DNA of 64,000 bases from an uncultured Chloroflexia bacterium (GTDB taxonomy: Bacteria; Chloroflexota; Limnocylindria; Limnocylindrales; CSP1-4), in the NCBI GenBank assembly GCA_963727585.1, contig CAVSHH010000008.1, positions 6,134 to 70,133 of the forward strand, given 5' to 3'. Under the pieces are notes generated by a model. The model had not been told where the DNA came from, did no database searches, and saw only the letters and a program-made list of their open reading frames with translations. Below, in pieces: positions 8,684 to 18,104 of the stretch. The position numbers and the translations under genes are program-made. The stretch's first letter is position 1; each line of letters starts with the position of its first letter.

Positions 8684-10354
8684 TCAGGCGCTGGGACTCG
8701 CCCGCTGGAGCGCATAGCCGAGATCGCCCACCCGGTACCAGTGGTAGCCGTACTCCTCCATGGGGATCCGATGGCGGCCGTCGGGTCCCGGTTGGCAGAC
8801 CGTGTCGACCATCAGGTCAACGAGCTGCTCGCCCTCGGCACCCGGGATCCGCAGCCGGGCCTCGACTGGGTGGCCCACGAGGTTGTGCACGATCACCAGC
8901 CGGTTGCCGCGCCACTCGTAGGCCATGGCAAGGATGTTCGGCTGGGACGTCCTGAGGATCGACCAGTCGCCCCAGCCGATCTCCGGGCACTCCTTCCGCA
9001 ACCTGATCATCCGGGCCATCCAGTTGAGCAGCGATGCCGGGTCGCGCCGCTGGGCCTCGACGTTGACATTCTCGGTGCCGTAGACGCCGCCCCGGATCAC
9101 CGGGCGCACCAGCTGATCCGAGTCGGCCAGCGAGAAGCCGCCGCTCTGGTCCCGCGTCCATTGCATCGGGGTTCGGACGGCCTCCCGCTCGGGCAGCGAG
9201 AGGTCCTCGCCCATCCCGATCTCGTCGCCGTAGCGAAGCACGGGCGCGCCCGGCAGCGAGAACAGCAGGCTGTAGGCGAGCTCCAGCTGCCGACGATCGC
9301 CGAGCATGGAGGCCAGGCGCCGGCGGATGCCCCGGCCGTACAGCTGCATCGACGCTTCGGGCGCGAACCGGGCGAACACGGCCTCGCGCTCCTGCGGCTC
9401 CAGCCGACCGAGGTCCAGCTCGTCGTGGTTGCGCAGGAAGTGCGCCCACTGGGAGGTCTCCGGAATGTTGCGCGTCGCCCGCAGGGCCCTCGCCAGCGGC
9501 CTGGCATCACCCGTGGCGAGCCCCAGGAACAGGTGCTGGTTCACAAAGAAGTTGAACATCATGTTGACGCCGTCGGCCCCGGACCCGAAGTAGGGGCGCA
9601 TGCCCTCGGGGGGCACGTTGGCCTCGGCGAGCAGCACCGAGCTGCCGCGCCGGAACTGGGCGAACTGGCGCATCTCGGCGAGGTAGTCGAAGCGCGTCTC
9701 GGCCTCCGGGCGGTCCGGGGTCTCGGGCAGCTCGAGCACGAACGGCAGGGCGTCGATACGGAAGCCGGAAACGCCGTTGTTCAGCCAGTAGCCCATGACC
9801 TTGCGCAGCTCCGCGCGCACCTCGGGATTGGCCATGTTGAGGTCTGGCTGGAAGTCGTAGAACCGGTGGAAGTACCAGGCCCGGGCGGTCGCGTCGCGCG
9901 TCCACGTGGCCTCCTGGACTCCCGGGAACACCATCCCGGTGTCCCAGCCGGCCGGCCGCTTGGGTGACCAGACATACCACGCCCGGCGCCGGGACCCCGG
10001 GTCACTGCGGGCCTCCTGGAACCAGGGGTGCTGGTCGGAGGTGTGGTTGATGACCAGGTCGATGATGACCGCGATGCCCCGGTACGTCGCATCGTGGACG
10101 AACGCCGCGAAGTCGCCGCTGGAGCCGAGCCGCCGGTCAACGCCGTAGAAGTCCATGATGTCGTAGCCGTTGTCCCGGTTGGGAGACGGCTGGAACGGGG
10201 CCAGCCACACGGCGTCAACGCCCAGCGACTCGAGGTAGTCCAGGCGCTCGGTGAGGCCCGCGAAATCGCCGCATCCGTCGCCGGTGCCGTCGACGAACGT
10301 CTCGACGTCGAGGCTGTAGATGACGGCGTTCTTGTACCAGAGCTCGTCGATCAC
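8684..10354 (-). CDS. GH13 alpha-amylase family, trehalose synthase (TreS)-like
   Basis: WYKNAVIY, DNGYDI, DLVINHTSDQHPWF, GFRIDA, LLAEAN, FLRNHDELDL, GIRRRLA; GGAGG RBS before GTG 10354. Confidence 0.9.
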   Translation of the reverse strand: MIDELWYKNAVIYSLDVETFVDGTGDGCGDFAGLTERLDYLESLGVDAVWLAPFQPSPNRDNGYDIMDFYGVDRRLGSSGDFAAFVHDATYRGIAVIIDLVINHTSDQHPWFQEARSDPGSRRRAWYVWSPKRPAGWDTGMVFPGVQEATWTRDATARAWYFHRFYDFQPDLNMANPEVRAELRKVMGYWLNNGVSGFRIDALPFVLELPETPDRPEAETRFDYLAEMRQFAQFRRGSSVLLAEANVPPEGMRPYFGSGADGVNMMFNFFVNQHLFLGLATGDARPLARALRATRNIPETSQWAHFLRNHDELDLGRLEPQEREAVFARFAPEASMQLYGRGIRRRLASMLGDRRQLELAYSLLFSLPGAPVLRYGDEIGMGEDLSLPEREAVRTPMQWTRDQSGGFSLADSDQLVRPVIRGGVYGTENVNVEAQRRDPASLLNWMARMIRLRKECPEIGWGDWSILRTSQPNILAMAYEWRGNRLVIVHNLVGHPVEARLRIPGAEGEQLVDLMVDTVCQPGPDGRHRIPMEEYGYHWYRVGDLGYALQRASPSA

Positions 10355-10532
10355 CTGGCGGTCCTCCGTTCGCGGCGCACTTGGGGCGAGCGCACGGCGG
10401 CGGGCCGGTGCGCGGCGCCGGGAGCATCTGCCGGGGCGGCGGACAGGGGCGACGGTGCTGCGGCTCACGGCCTTACAGACCACATTCGATCCGCGACACA
10501 TGGGCTGTGTGCTCGCTCGCCGTCCACCAACG

Positions 10533-10549
10533 CCCTCCGGGCGCGCCAT
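10533..10549 (+). repeat. Third copy of the tRNA-Arg 3' end (attR-like)
   Basis: ccctccgggcgcgccat is identical to 6842-6858. Confidence 0.8.
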
Positions 10550-10662
10550 GATCCCGGGCGTGAAACGGGTCGATCTGCGTCCCCGTTGCCAGGAATATGA
10601 TGAACCGGAAGCGTCCGGATTCATGGCGGACCCATCCGTGACGGCGAAGAGGTCAACGTCCC

Positions 10663-11679
10663 ATGGCCAGCACCCGGTTCGAATCCTCCGTCATCTCGAT
10701 CTCCTGGATCCCATCGGAGGCCATCGAGGGGCTCTCGAAGGTGCCCTTTGAGCTGGGGGTCACCCACTACGACCAGATCCCGCCTGACCAGATCGAGGAT
10801 CTGGAGGAGCTTCGCCGCACGGATCGGTTCCGCGAGGCGAACGAGCTCCGGGCATTCATCGAGGTCGAGGACGGGAGGATCGTCGGGTACGGCCACCTCG
10901 GACAGGGGCACATCGGTGCAACGACGGTGCGCGTCGGCCCGAGCGCGATTCGATTCCCGGCGGTCCACCTGCCGGACATCCGCCCTGAGCCGGACGTGAC
11001 CCCGACATCGGTCCGGTTCGTCCAGACGGTGGGCGGACGGATGGGCCTGCCGACACCCCGGCCCGTCCGGCACAAGCCGTTCGTGCAGTTCTGGCCATCG
11101 ATTGCCTGGACGACGCTGGCCCTCACCATCAACGTCGACGGCGCATCGACGCATGAGCTGGTCGGCGCCAGCCCGTTCCCGCGTCACTGGATCTACGACA
11201 CGGACGGGCGGCTTGTTCAGAAGTCGGGCGTGGTCGATTTCACGACGTGGTTCAACGACTCGTTCGGCGATCGCACGCCGTGGGGCACCTCGGACTCTCC
11301 TGCCATCGTCGCCGCCGTCGAGTCCGCCCTCGAGCGACGACTTTCCGGGGACATCATGCGAGGGGGTGCGAAGCCCAGGATCCGCACGATCGCGCCAGGA
11401 GAGGCGCTCGTCGAACAGGGCGCCCAAGGAACGGACGTCTTCCTGATCCTGGACGGGATCTTCGTGGTCGAGGTGGACGGCGATCAGGTCGCCGAGATCG
11501 GCCCTGGAGCCGTCGTGGGCGAGCGTGCCGGACTGGAAGGTGGCATCCGCACCGCCACCCTGCGAGCCACGACCAGCGCGAGAGTGGCGGAGATCCCGCC
11601 TGGCGGGCTCAGCACGGCTGACCTGGACGAGCTCTCTGCAGCGCACCGGCGCGAGGGCGACGTCGCCCCGAACGGCTGA
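10663..11679 (+). CDS. Cyclic nucleotide-binding domain protein with an unrecognised ~230-aa N-terminal domain
   Basis: C-terminal GEALVEQGAQGTDVFLILDG...GAVVGERAGLEGGIRTATLRA (phosphate-binding cassette GE...RTA). Confidence 0.85.
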   Translation: MASTRFESSVISISWIPSEAIEGLSKVPFELGVTHYDQIPPDQIEDLEELRRTDRFREANELRAFIEVEDGRIVGYGHLGQGHIGATTVRVGPSAIRFPAVHLPDIRPEPDVTPTSVRFVQTVGGRMGLPTPRPVRHKPFVQFWPSIAWTTLALTINVDGASTHELVGASPFPRHWIYDTDGRLVQKSGVVDFTTWFNDSFGDRTPWGTSDSPAIVAAVESALERRLSGDIMRGGAKPRIRTIAPGEALVEQGAQGTDVFLILDGIFVVEVDGDQVAEIGPGAVVGERAGLEGGIRTATLRATTSARVAEIPPGGLSTADLDELSAAHRREGDVAPNG

Positions 11680-11793
11680 CCCACGCTGACCGCCCGGCAG
11701 TCGCTCCGGGGCACCCAGCCTGACCTCCGAACGAGCGATCCCCGCGATGCGCGGACCTTGACGCTCGCAGCCCCGACCCCGAACCTTTCCGTG

Positions 11794-12642
11794 ATGAGCC
11801 GCATCCAGCGCAGGAGCGTCCTCGAGCCCGATGAGGTCCGGGAACTGCCGCTCGTGACCTTGAACCTCGTTCGCGTCGGGTCGCTCGCCGTCGGATACGC
11901 GACGCTCCAGCCCGGCTGGCGATGGTCAACGCACATGCGCAGGGAGACGGACGAGCCCCTGTGCCAGATCCATCACCTGCAGCTCCTGCTGTCCGGGCGA
12001 TTCGCGGTGCAGATGGACGACGGCGAGCACGCGGAGATCGAGCCCAATGACATCTTCGACGTCCCGCCCGGTCACGACGTCTGGGTGTTGGGCGACGAAC
12101 CCGTCGTGCTCGTCGACTTCCTCGGCAACATCGAGCAGATCGGCCGGCCGGCGAGCAAGGACCGGATCCTCACGACGCTCCTGATGACTGACATCGTCGA
12201 TTCGACAGCCACCGCGAGCCGGGTTGGGGACACCACGTGGAAGCAGATGCTGGGCGAGCACAACCGCCTCGTCCGGAGCCGTCTGGAGCGCTACCTCGGC
12301 AAGGAGGTCAACACGACGGGCGACGGATTCCTGGCGATGTTCGCCAGCGCCGTCGGTGCGATCCGCTGCGCGACAGCCATTCGTGAGGCGACCTCCGGGA
12401 TGGGGCTGCCCGTCCGGATCGGCATCCATACCGGCGAGGTCGAGCTGCTTCCGGGCGATATCGGCGGCCTGTCGGTGCATGCGGCGGCGCGGCTGATGGC
12501 CGTCGGCGGAGCTGGGGACATCATCGTCTCGTCGGCGACTCGCGGCCTCGTGGAGGATGCCTCCCTCCGCTTCGAGTCCAGGGGCGTGCGGGAGCTCAAA
12601 GGCCTCTCCAGCCCGCTCGAGCTGTTCGCGCTCGTCAAATAG
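11794..12642 (+). CDS. Cupin-class III nucleotide cyclase fusion
   Basis: Cupin PGWRWSTH...CQIHH...VPPGHDVWV; cyclase LMTDIVDST, NTTGDGFLA, RIGIHTGE, DIGGLSVHAAARL. Confidence 0.9.
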   Translation: MSRIQRRSVLEPDEVRELPLVTLNLVRVGSLAVGYATLQPGWRWSTHMRRETDEPLCQIHHLQLLLSGRFAVQMDDGEHAEIEPNDIFDVPPGHDVWVLGDEPVVLVDFLGNIEQIGRPASKDRILTTLLMTDIVDSTATASRVGDTTWKQMLGEHNRLVRSRLERYLGKEVNTTGDGFLAMFASAVGAIRCATAIREATSGMGLPVRIGIHTGEVELLPGDIGGLSVHAAARLMAVGGAGDIIVSSATRGLVEDASLRFESRGVRELKGLSSPLELFALVK

Positions 12643-12801
12643 CGGTGCCCCGACGGGGTCGAAACCACCGGGGCCGACACCTGCGACCACCGCCTCCGCC
12701 TGCTCCGACACCGCCGCCACGGCCGATCGCCGATGCCGGCCGCCAGAACAAGCGGGCGCCGCCGCGGGTCGTCGTCCCAGCACCCGGCGCATACTCCTCG
12801 G

Positions 12802-14253
12802 ATGCGCATCCTCGTCGTCGGCGCCAGCGGCTATGTGGGAGGCCGGCTGGTCTCCGTGCTCCAGGCGCGTGGCCACGATCTGGTCCTCACCAGCCGCGAC
12901 GCGCGCCCACTCGCCGCACGGTACCCGGAGGCGGCGGTCGTCGCCTCGGACCTCCTCGAGCCAGCCACGTTGCCTCCGGCCCTCGAGGGGATCGAGGTCG
13001 CCTACTACCTGGCCCACTCGATGGGGGCGGGCGAACGGGGGTTCGCCGAGCGCGACCGGCTGGCGGCGGCCAACTTCGCCGCCGCAGCCGCCCGGGCCGC
13101 GGTGGGCCGGATCGTCTACCTGGGCGGCCTTGGCGACGACACGGCCGACCTGTCCCACCACCTGGCCAGCCGCCACGAGACCGGCGCCGAGCTGGCGGCC
13201 CACGGCGTGCCGGTCACCGAGTTCCGCGCGGCGGTGATCATCGGGTCGGGCAGCGCATCGTTCGAGATCCTGCGACACCTGACAGAGCGCCTACCGGTCA
13301 TGATCACGCCACGCTGGGTCGGCACCCGTTGCCAGCCGATCGCCATCCGCGACGTCCTCGACTACCTCGCGGGCGCGCTCGAGCATCCCGAGGCCACCGG
13401 GATCGTCGAGATCGGAGGACCAGACGCGCTCTCGTACGGCGACATGATGCGGGCCTATGCTCGGCTGCGCGGTCTCCGGCGCCTGATGATCCCGGTCCCG
13501 GTGCTCACCCCCCGCCTGTCGTCGTACTGGGTGAACCTCGTCTCGCCGGTGCCGGCCGGGATCGCCCGGCCGCTCATCGAGGGCCTGCGCAACGAGGTGG
13601 TCGTCCGCGACCCTGGGCCGGCCTCCGCCTTCGGCGTTCATCCGCTGCCCTTCGCCGAGGCGCTCCAGCTGGCCATCGACCGTGCCGACGGACAGGGCAT
13701 GGAGTCGACGTGGTTCGATGCGCTCGCCGTCCGGGACAAGGCGAGCCTGTCCTCGTTCACCTCGCACGAGGGCATGATCGTGGAACGTCGAGGGCGCGCC
13801 GTCGCCGCATCGCCCGACCGGGTCTTTGCCGAGGTGGAGCGCGTGGGCGGCCATGCCGGCTGGCCATACGCGAACGTCCTCTGGAGAGTCCGGGGCTTGC
13901 TGGACCGTCTCGTGGGCGGTGTCGGCATGCGACTGGGACGCCGCGACCCGGATCGCCTCCGGGTGGGCGACGCCCTCGACTTCTGGCGGGTGGAGGAAGT
14001 CCGGCGGCCGGACCTGCTGCGCCTGCGGGCCGAGATGAAGGTGCCGGGCCGGGCCTGGCTCCAGTACGAGGTCATGCCAACCCAGAGCGGCAGCTACCTC
14101 GTCCAGACGGCCTTCTTCGAGCCCAAGGGCCTGCCGGGCCTCGCCTACTGGTATCTGCTCTACCCGGTCCACGGGCTCATCTTCCGGGGCATGGTTCGCG
14201 TGCTCGCGGAGCGGGCGGCCCGCCCGGCCGTCGATCAACGGCCATCGTCCTGA
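12802..14253 (+). CDS. Atypical SDR NAD(P)-binding protein with DUF2867-like C-terminus (YbjT-like)
   Basis: GASGYVG Rossmann motif, YYLAHSM, HLASRHETG; C-terminal GDALDFWRVE, LRAEMKVPGRAWL, PKGLPGLAYW. Confidence 0.9.
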   Translation: MRILVVGASGYVGGRLVSVLQARGHDLVLTSRDARPLAARYPEAAVVASDLLEPATLPPALEGIEVAYYLAHSMGAGERGFAERDRLAAANFAAAAARAAVGRIVYLGGLGDDTADLSHHLASRHETGAELAAHGVPVTEFRAAVIIGSGSASFEILRHLTERLPVMITPRWVGTRCQPIAIRDVLDYLAGALEHPEATGIVEIGGPDALSYGDMMRAYARLRGLRRLMIPVPVLTPRLSSYWVNLVSPVPAGIARPLIEGLRNEVVVRDPGPASAFGVHPLPFAEALQLAIDRADGQGMESTWFDALAVRDKASLSSFTSHEGMIVERRGRAVAASPDRVFAEVERVGGHAGWPYANVLWRVRGLLDRLVGGVGMRLGRRDPDRLRVGDALDFWRVEEVRRPDLLRLRAEMKVPGRAWLQYEVMPTQSGSYLVQTAFFEPKGLPGLAYWYLLYPVHGLIFRGMVRVLAERAARPAVDQRPSS

Positions 14254-14491
14254 CCGAAGCCGGCGAACGTCCAGCTGACGCGCGCGGGCCCCATGTCAGC
14301 CTCGCTGCTCAACCGGCATGGACCAGGCTCACCACCTCGATCATGTCCTCGATCGCCGCCGCGGCCGACTGGCCCCCCGATCTCGAGGTCGAGCCTCGCC
14401 TCGTCAAACCCCAGTCGCCCGCAGTCAAGGGTCCGGCACCACGACCTGGTGGTCCACGGGGGCACGAATGTCGTGGACCTACGATACGGCC

Positions 14492-15199
14492 ATGGCGGTC
14501 ATCAAGGCGGGTTCGGCCGAGCGGCTCGCGCGTGATGTCGTGGGCTCGGGCCCGAGTGGGCCGTTGGCGGCGGAGCTCAGGCTGTGGCTCGCGGGTTCAT
14601 CGCGGTTCACAGCGTTCGTCGAGGCCCATCGGTCGAAGATCCGCAAGAAGCTCCGCGGCGCGGCCGATGAAGCGTCCGTGCGCGACGTCCGCACCGAGCT
14701 GGCGATCGCCAGGCTGGTGCTCGCGGACCGACGCTTCGAGCTCGCGTTCGAGGCCTATGGGCGCGGCGGCGGTCCCGACTTCACGCTGACCTACCGCGCT
14801 GGCCGCTCGTTCAACGTCGAGGTCACGCGGCTGCGGCGTGGCCCAACCGTAGACGCCGTGGCGGGCGTCGTGCTGGGCAAGCTTCGGCAGCTTCCACCCA
14901 GTGTCCCGAACCTTCTGGTCGTCGCCGTCGACGAGGCGGCTGCCGACGAGGGAGTGATCGGCGCCGCGATCAGGACGCTTCGTTCGCGCGCCGACAGCGG
15001 GGACGATGCGTACTTCGCGTATCGCGGCCTCGACGGGACGCGGGCCTTCCACGAACGCTTCCTGCGCCTGGGAGGCGTGGTCGTCTGGTGCGAGACGGCG
15101 GTGCCCATCCTGCGGGCGGTCTCGTGGACGAACAACGCAGCAAGAAGCAAGATCCCCGAAGGAGGCGCGCGAGCCCTGGTTGTCAGCCTCCGCGCGTGA
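14492..15199 (+). CDS. Hypothetical protein with possible PD-(D/E)xK nuclease-like motif
   Basis: GPDFTL...FNVEVTRL; start after TACGAT-N6. Confidence 0.65.
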   Translation: MAVIKAGSAERLARDVVGSGPSGPLAAELRLWLAGSSRFTAFVEAHRSKIRKKLRGAADEASVRDVRTELAIARLVLADRRFELAFEAYGRGGGPDFTLTYRAGRSFNVEVTRLRRGPTVDAVAGVVLGKLRQLPPSVPNLLVVAVDEAAADEGVIGAAIRTLRSRADSGDDAYFAYRGLDGTRAFHERFLRLGGVVVWCETAVPILRAVSWTNNAARSKIPEGGARALVVSLRA

Positions 15200-15319
15200 A
15201 CGCCCGTGGAGCGGCGATCTCGGCTGCTGCCAAGCTGGCGGCGATCCGGCGATGGGTGCGACCCATAGCGGCTCGGGACCCCGTCCCGGCCGCGAGATCG
15301 TCGGCGCTTGGAGAGCCGC

Positions 15320-15562
15320 CTATCCCTTCTGGGACATCTGGCGGTTGACCTCGTCCTGGATTCTCTCGTCCCGGCGGTTCTTGGCGCGGTTCCACGCCCA
15401 CACCCCCAGGATGGCGGGCCACAGGAACGTGCCGACGGCACTGACCACCCCGGCGAGGAAGTACGCCGTCATGGGGGTCGTGAAGTCTGTCGCGTCCCAG
15501 ATCAGCAGGAACACGAAGGTGGCCAGACCGCCGATGATGGCGGCCAACAGGGATCGGATCAT
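15320..15562 (-). CDS. Small two-TM membrane protein
   Basis: 80 aa, two hydrophobic helices, charged tail, strong AGGAGG RBS. Confidence 0.75.
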   Translation of the reverse strand: MIRSLLAAIIGGLATFVFLLIWDATDFTTPMTAYFLAGVVSAVGTFLWPAILGVWAWNRAKNRRDERIQDEVNRQMSQKG

Positions 15563-15731
15563 GGCTTGCTCCCTCCTCCTTGGCGCGACGGGGCGCCGCA
15601 GTCGGAGTATGGCGGACGGGCGCCGGACCGCGTGCGGGATATCGGACCCTGCCGGGCGTGCTGTTCCGATCCTGCCCGGTCGTCGTCCGCAGGACGCTTC
15701 GGCCCGGGTGCCGCGGGACTCGGGCGGCCGG

Positions 15732-16967
15732 CTATGCCCTGGCTACTCGATCCGCCAGCAATCGGGCGACGACCGCGGCATCCTCTCCCACACCAAGCAG
15801 CAGCGGCGACTTGCGCGTTCGCATGAACGGGACGCCGACAAAGTAGAGCCCGTCGACGACGGGGCTCGCGCCGTCCGTCTGGATGGGGAACCCGAGCTCA
15901 TCGAAGGCCTCAGGCCATGGCAACCAGGATCGGTAGTCGGGTCGAAATCCGCCGGCGAAGATGACCGCGCCGAAACCGGCGAGGGGGACCACGGTCGGGG
16001 CTCGACCGTCGAACGGCTCGGGCTCGGGCAACGGGGGCTGGGGCAGACCGCGCTCGGTGGCGGTCTGACGGAACAGCTGCCTGAGCTCGCGGTACCGGGC
16101 GTCGCCCCAGGCCACCGTTGCTGCGAGGTCCGGGGCGAAGTGCGCCTCCTCGTCGTCAGCGCCCAGGAAGTGGCCCACGAGCGTGATCCCGAGCGCGCGG
16201 AGCGTCCGGAGGTCCAGGTCGTGCGGCTTGCCGTGGCCGGTGGCGAGGACGTTGGCGCCCAGGCGGGCGTTGGAGGACGGCAGCGCCGCGACGGTGTCGT
16301 CGAGGAATCCGGACGCGACCGCCCACCAGTACATGTCGCGGTCGCCCACCTGCCGCGGCGCCCAGGGCGCCTTACCGCACGCGAGCACGACGTCCCGCCC
16401 CGCCTCGTGCAGCTCCTCTGCCAGCTGGCAGCCTGACTGGCCGCTGCCGACCACGAGAACCCGGCCCGGTGGGAGAGCGGCCGGCGTGTGATAGTCGCGA
16501 AGGTCGATCTGCAGCAGATCCGCCGGCAGCGAGCCGGCGCCGGTGAGTCGATGCGAGCGCTGGTAGGCGCCGGTGGCGAGGACCACGTGCCGCGCCCGGA
16601 TGTCCCCATTGGAGGTTCGGGCGGTGAAGCCTCCAGCCGGCCGGGACTCGAGCGACTGCAGCTCCACGCCTTCGCGGACCGGGAGCCGCGAGCCGCTGGC
16701 GTAGCGCCCGAGGAACGCAACGATCTCGTCCCGTGGCATGAACCCGTCCGGATCCGCCCCGTCGTAGGCACCGCCCGGAAGCTGGACGGACCAGTTCGGC
16801 GTCACGAGGCAGAAGCTCTCCCAGCGGTCGCGCCAGGACTGCCCGATGAGACCCTTCTCGAGCACGACATGCTCCGCCCCGTGCTGCATGAGCTGGTGGC
16901 TCATGGCCAAGCCCGCCTGGCCGCCTCCGACGACAAGCGTGTCGATGTGCTCCAGCGCCGGGCTCAC
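15732..16967 (-). CDS. Flavin-containing monooxygenase / NAD(P)-FAD oxidoreductase
   Basis: GGGQAG, WRDRWESFCLVTPNW, ATG, GSGQSGCQLAEEL, GLYFVG. Confidence 0.9.
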   Translation of the reverse strand: MSPALEHIDTLVVGGGQAGLAMSHQLMQHGAEHVVLEKGLIGQSWRDRWESFCLVTPNWSVQLPGGAYDGADPDGFMPRDEIVAFLGRYASGSRLPVREGVELQSLESRPAGGFTARTSNGDIRARHVVLATGAYQRSHRLTGAGSLPADLLQIDLRDYHTPAALPPGRVLVVGSGQSGCQLAEELHEAGRDVVLACGKAPWAPRQVGDRDMYWWAVASGFLDDTVAALPSSNARLGANVLATGHGKPHDLDLRTLRALGITLVGHFLGADDEEAHFAPDLAATVAWGDARYRELRQLFRQTATERGLPQPPLPEPEPFDGRAPTVVPLAGFGAVIFAGGFRPDYRSWLPWPEAFDELGFPIQTDGASPVVDGLYFVGVPFMRTRKSPLLLGVGEDAAVVARLLADRVARA

Positions 16968-16998
16968 GAGCGGACCCCGCGCCGCGGTGGGCGGCGGT

Positions 16999-17919
16999 TC
17001 ACGAGATGGCCGCGACGGCCCGCGACAGCCACGTTGCCTGCGCCTCGCTGGCGGCGTCGAAGGCATGGCTCGGGTGCTCGATGATTCCGAAGTGGCCGCC
17101 AGGAACCTCCAGCAGCTCCTTGGGGCCTGGCAGGCGGTCAAAGAGGGCGCGCGCGACCTGGCTGTTCGCCCCCTCCATCTCGTCGTTGGGCGACATGGCG
17201 AACATCACGGGAACCCGCACGGCTGGGGCGCAGGCGAAGGGATCGTAGTCGGGAGCATCCCTCGGCCCGGTGAACACCACACGGTTCGTCCACCCGGAGC
17301 CATAGCGGCCGCCATAGTCGATGAACCATCGAAACGCGGTCAGCGGCTCGAGAGCGGACGGGTTCGTGGACTGGTCCGCCGAGACGACCGCGGACCGCAC
17401 CCATGCATCCGCCGGCCGCCGAACCGCGCCGGTGGCCAGGAAGCGGCGCATCGCGTCCAGGCGAACGCCGTCCGGATCACCGGTGCCGGGCTCGTCTCCG
17501 AAAGCCGGGACCTGGCACACGAGAGCGTCGACCCGATCGTCGAGGGCCGCAACGCCGAGGGCGACTCGCGCGCTCAGGCTGTCGCTCCAGAGCACGACCG
17601 GCGACCTCCCGATCTTGCTCGTTCCCCGGGCGAACCCGATGGCATCGATGTACCCGCGAGCCTGCACCCAGACGTTGATCTCACCCCGCGGCTCGCCGTC
17701 GCTCGAACCGTGGCCGCGATGGTCGAAGGCCAGGGCGGCCAGGCCCCGCTCGCAGAACTGCTCGGCGTACTTGTCGAGGGTCATTGGGATCGTCGCCGAG
17801 AAGCCGTGGGCCATGATCACGACCGGCGCCGGATGATCGTCCGGCAGGTAGAGTCGGCCCCTGATCGTCGCCCCGTCGGACGCGAACTCGATGGGTCGGA
17901 ACGCTGGCGTCATCGGCAT
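16999..17919 (-). CDS. Alpha/beta hydrolase
   Basis: IMAHGFS, FDHRGHGSSDGEPR, C-terminal GGHF; elbow WSDSLS. Confidence 0.85.
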   Translation of the reverse strand: MPMTPAFRPIEFASDGATIRGRLYLPDDHPAPVVIMAHGFSATIPMTLDKYAEQFCERGLAALAFDHRGHGSSDGEPRGEINVWVQARGYIDAIGFARGTSKIGRSPVVLWSDSLSARVALGVAALDDRVDALVCQVPAFGDEPGTGDPDGVRLDAMRRFLATGAVRRPADAWVRSAVVSADQSTNPSALEPLTAFRWFIDYGGRYGSGWTNRVVFTGPRDAPDYDPFACAPAVRVPVMFAMSPNDEMEGANSQVARALFDRLPGPKELLEVPGGHFGIIEHPSHAFDAASEAQATWLSRAVAAIS

Positions 17920-18104
17920 CGCTGGCCCCTCGAACGGTGATCCATCCCCCCACAGGTGCTGTGTGCCGCAACGCCTGGAAGGGTGGAACCAGCCGGGACG
18001 TCGGGTTGAGCCGGCGACCTCCACGCGCAGGGATGGCGGTGCCGTCCCGGGCTATCGACGGGTCGGGCCCGTCAGCCGACCGTACCACGCTGGCGGGCGA
18101 TCAC

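Noticed and set aside
6858-10549. Complete prophage or ICE at the tRNA
   Set aside because: No integrase, excisionase, replication, conjugation or virion genes in the window; only att-like repeats.
10663-12642. Calling the pair a Pycsar system
   Set aside because: The effector lacks TM or TIR domains and the cyclase resembles Rv1900c-type enzymes; kept only as an analogy.
12644-12666. tRNA-like fragment on the minus strand (ggtttcgaccccgtcggggcacc)
   Set aside because: Weak, does not match the local tRNA-Arg, and is explainable as a GC-rich hairpin.
15645-15661. Further degenerate tRNA-end copy (ccctgccgggcgtgc)
   Set aside because: Needs an indel plus a mismatch; expected by chance at this GC content.
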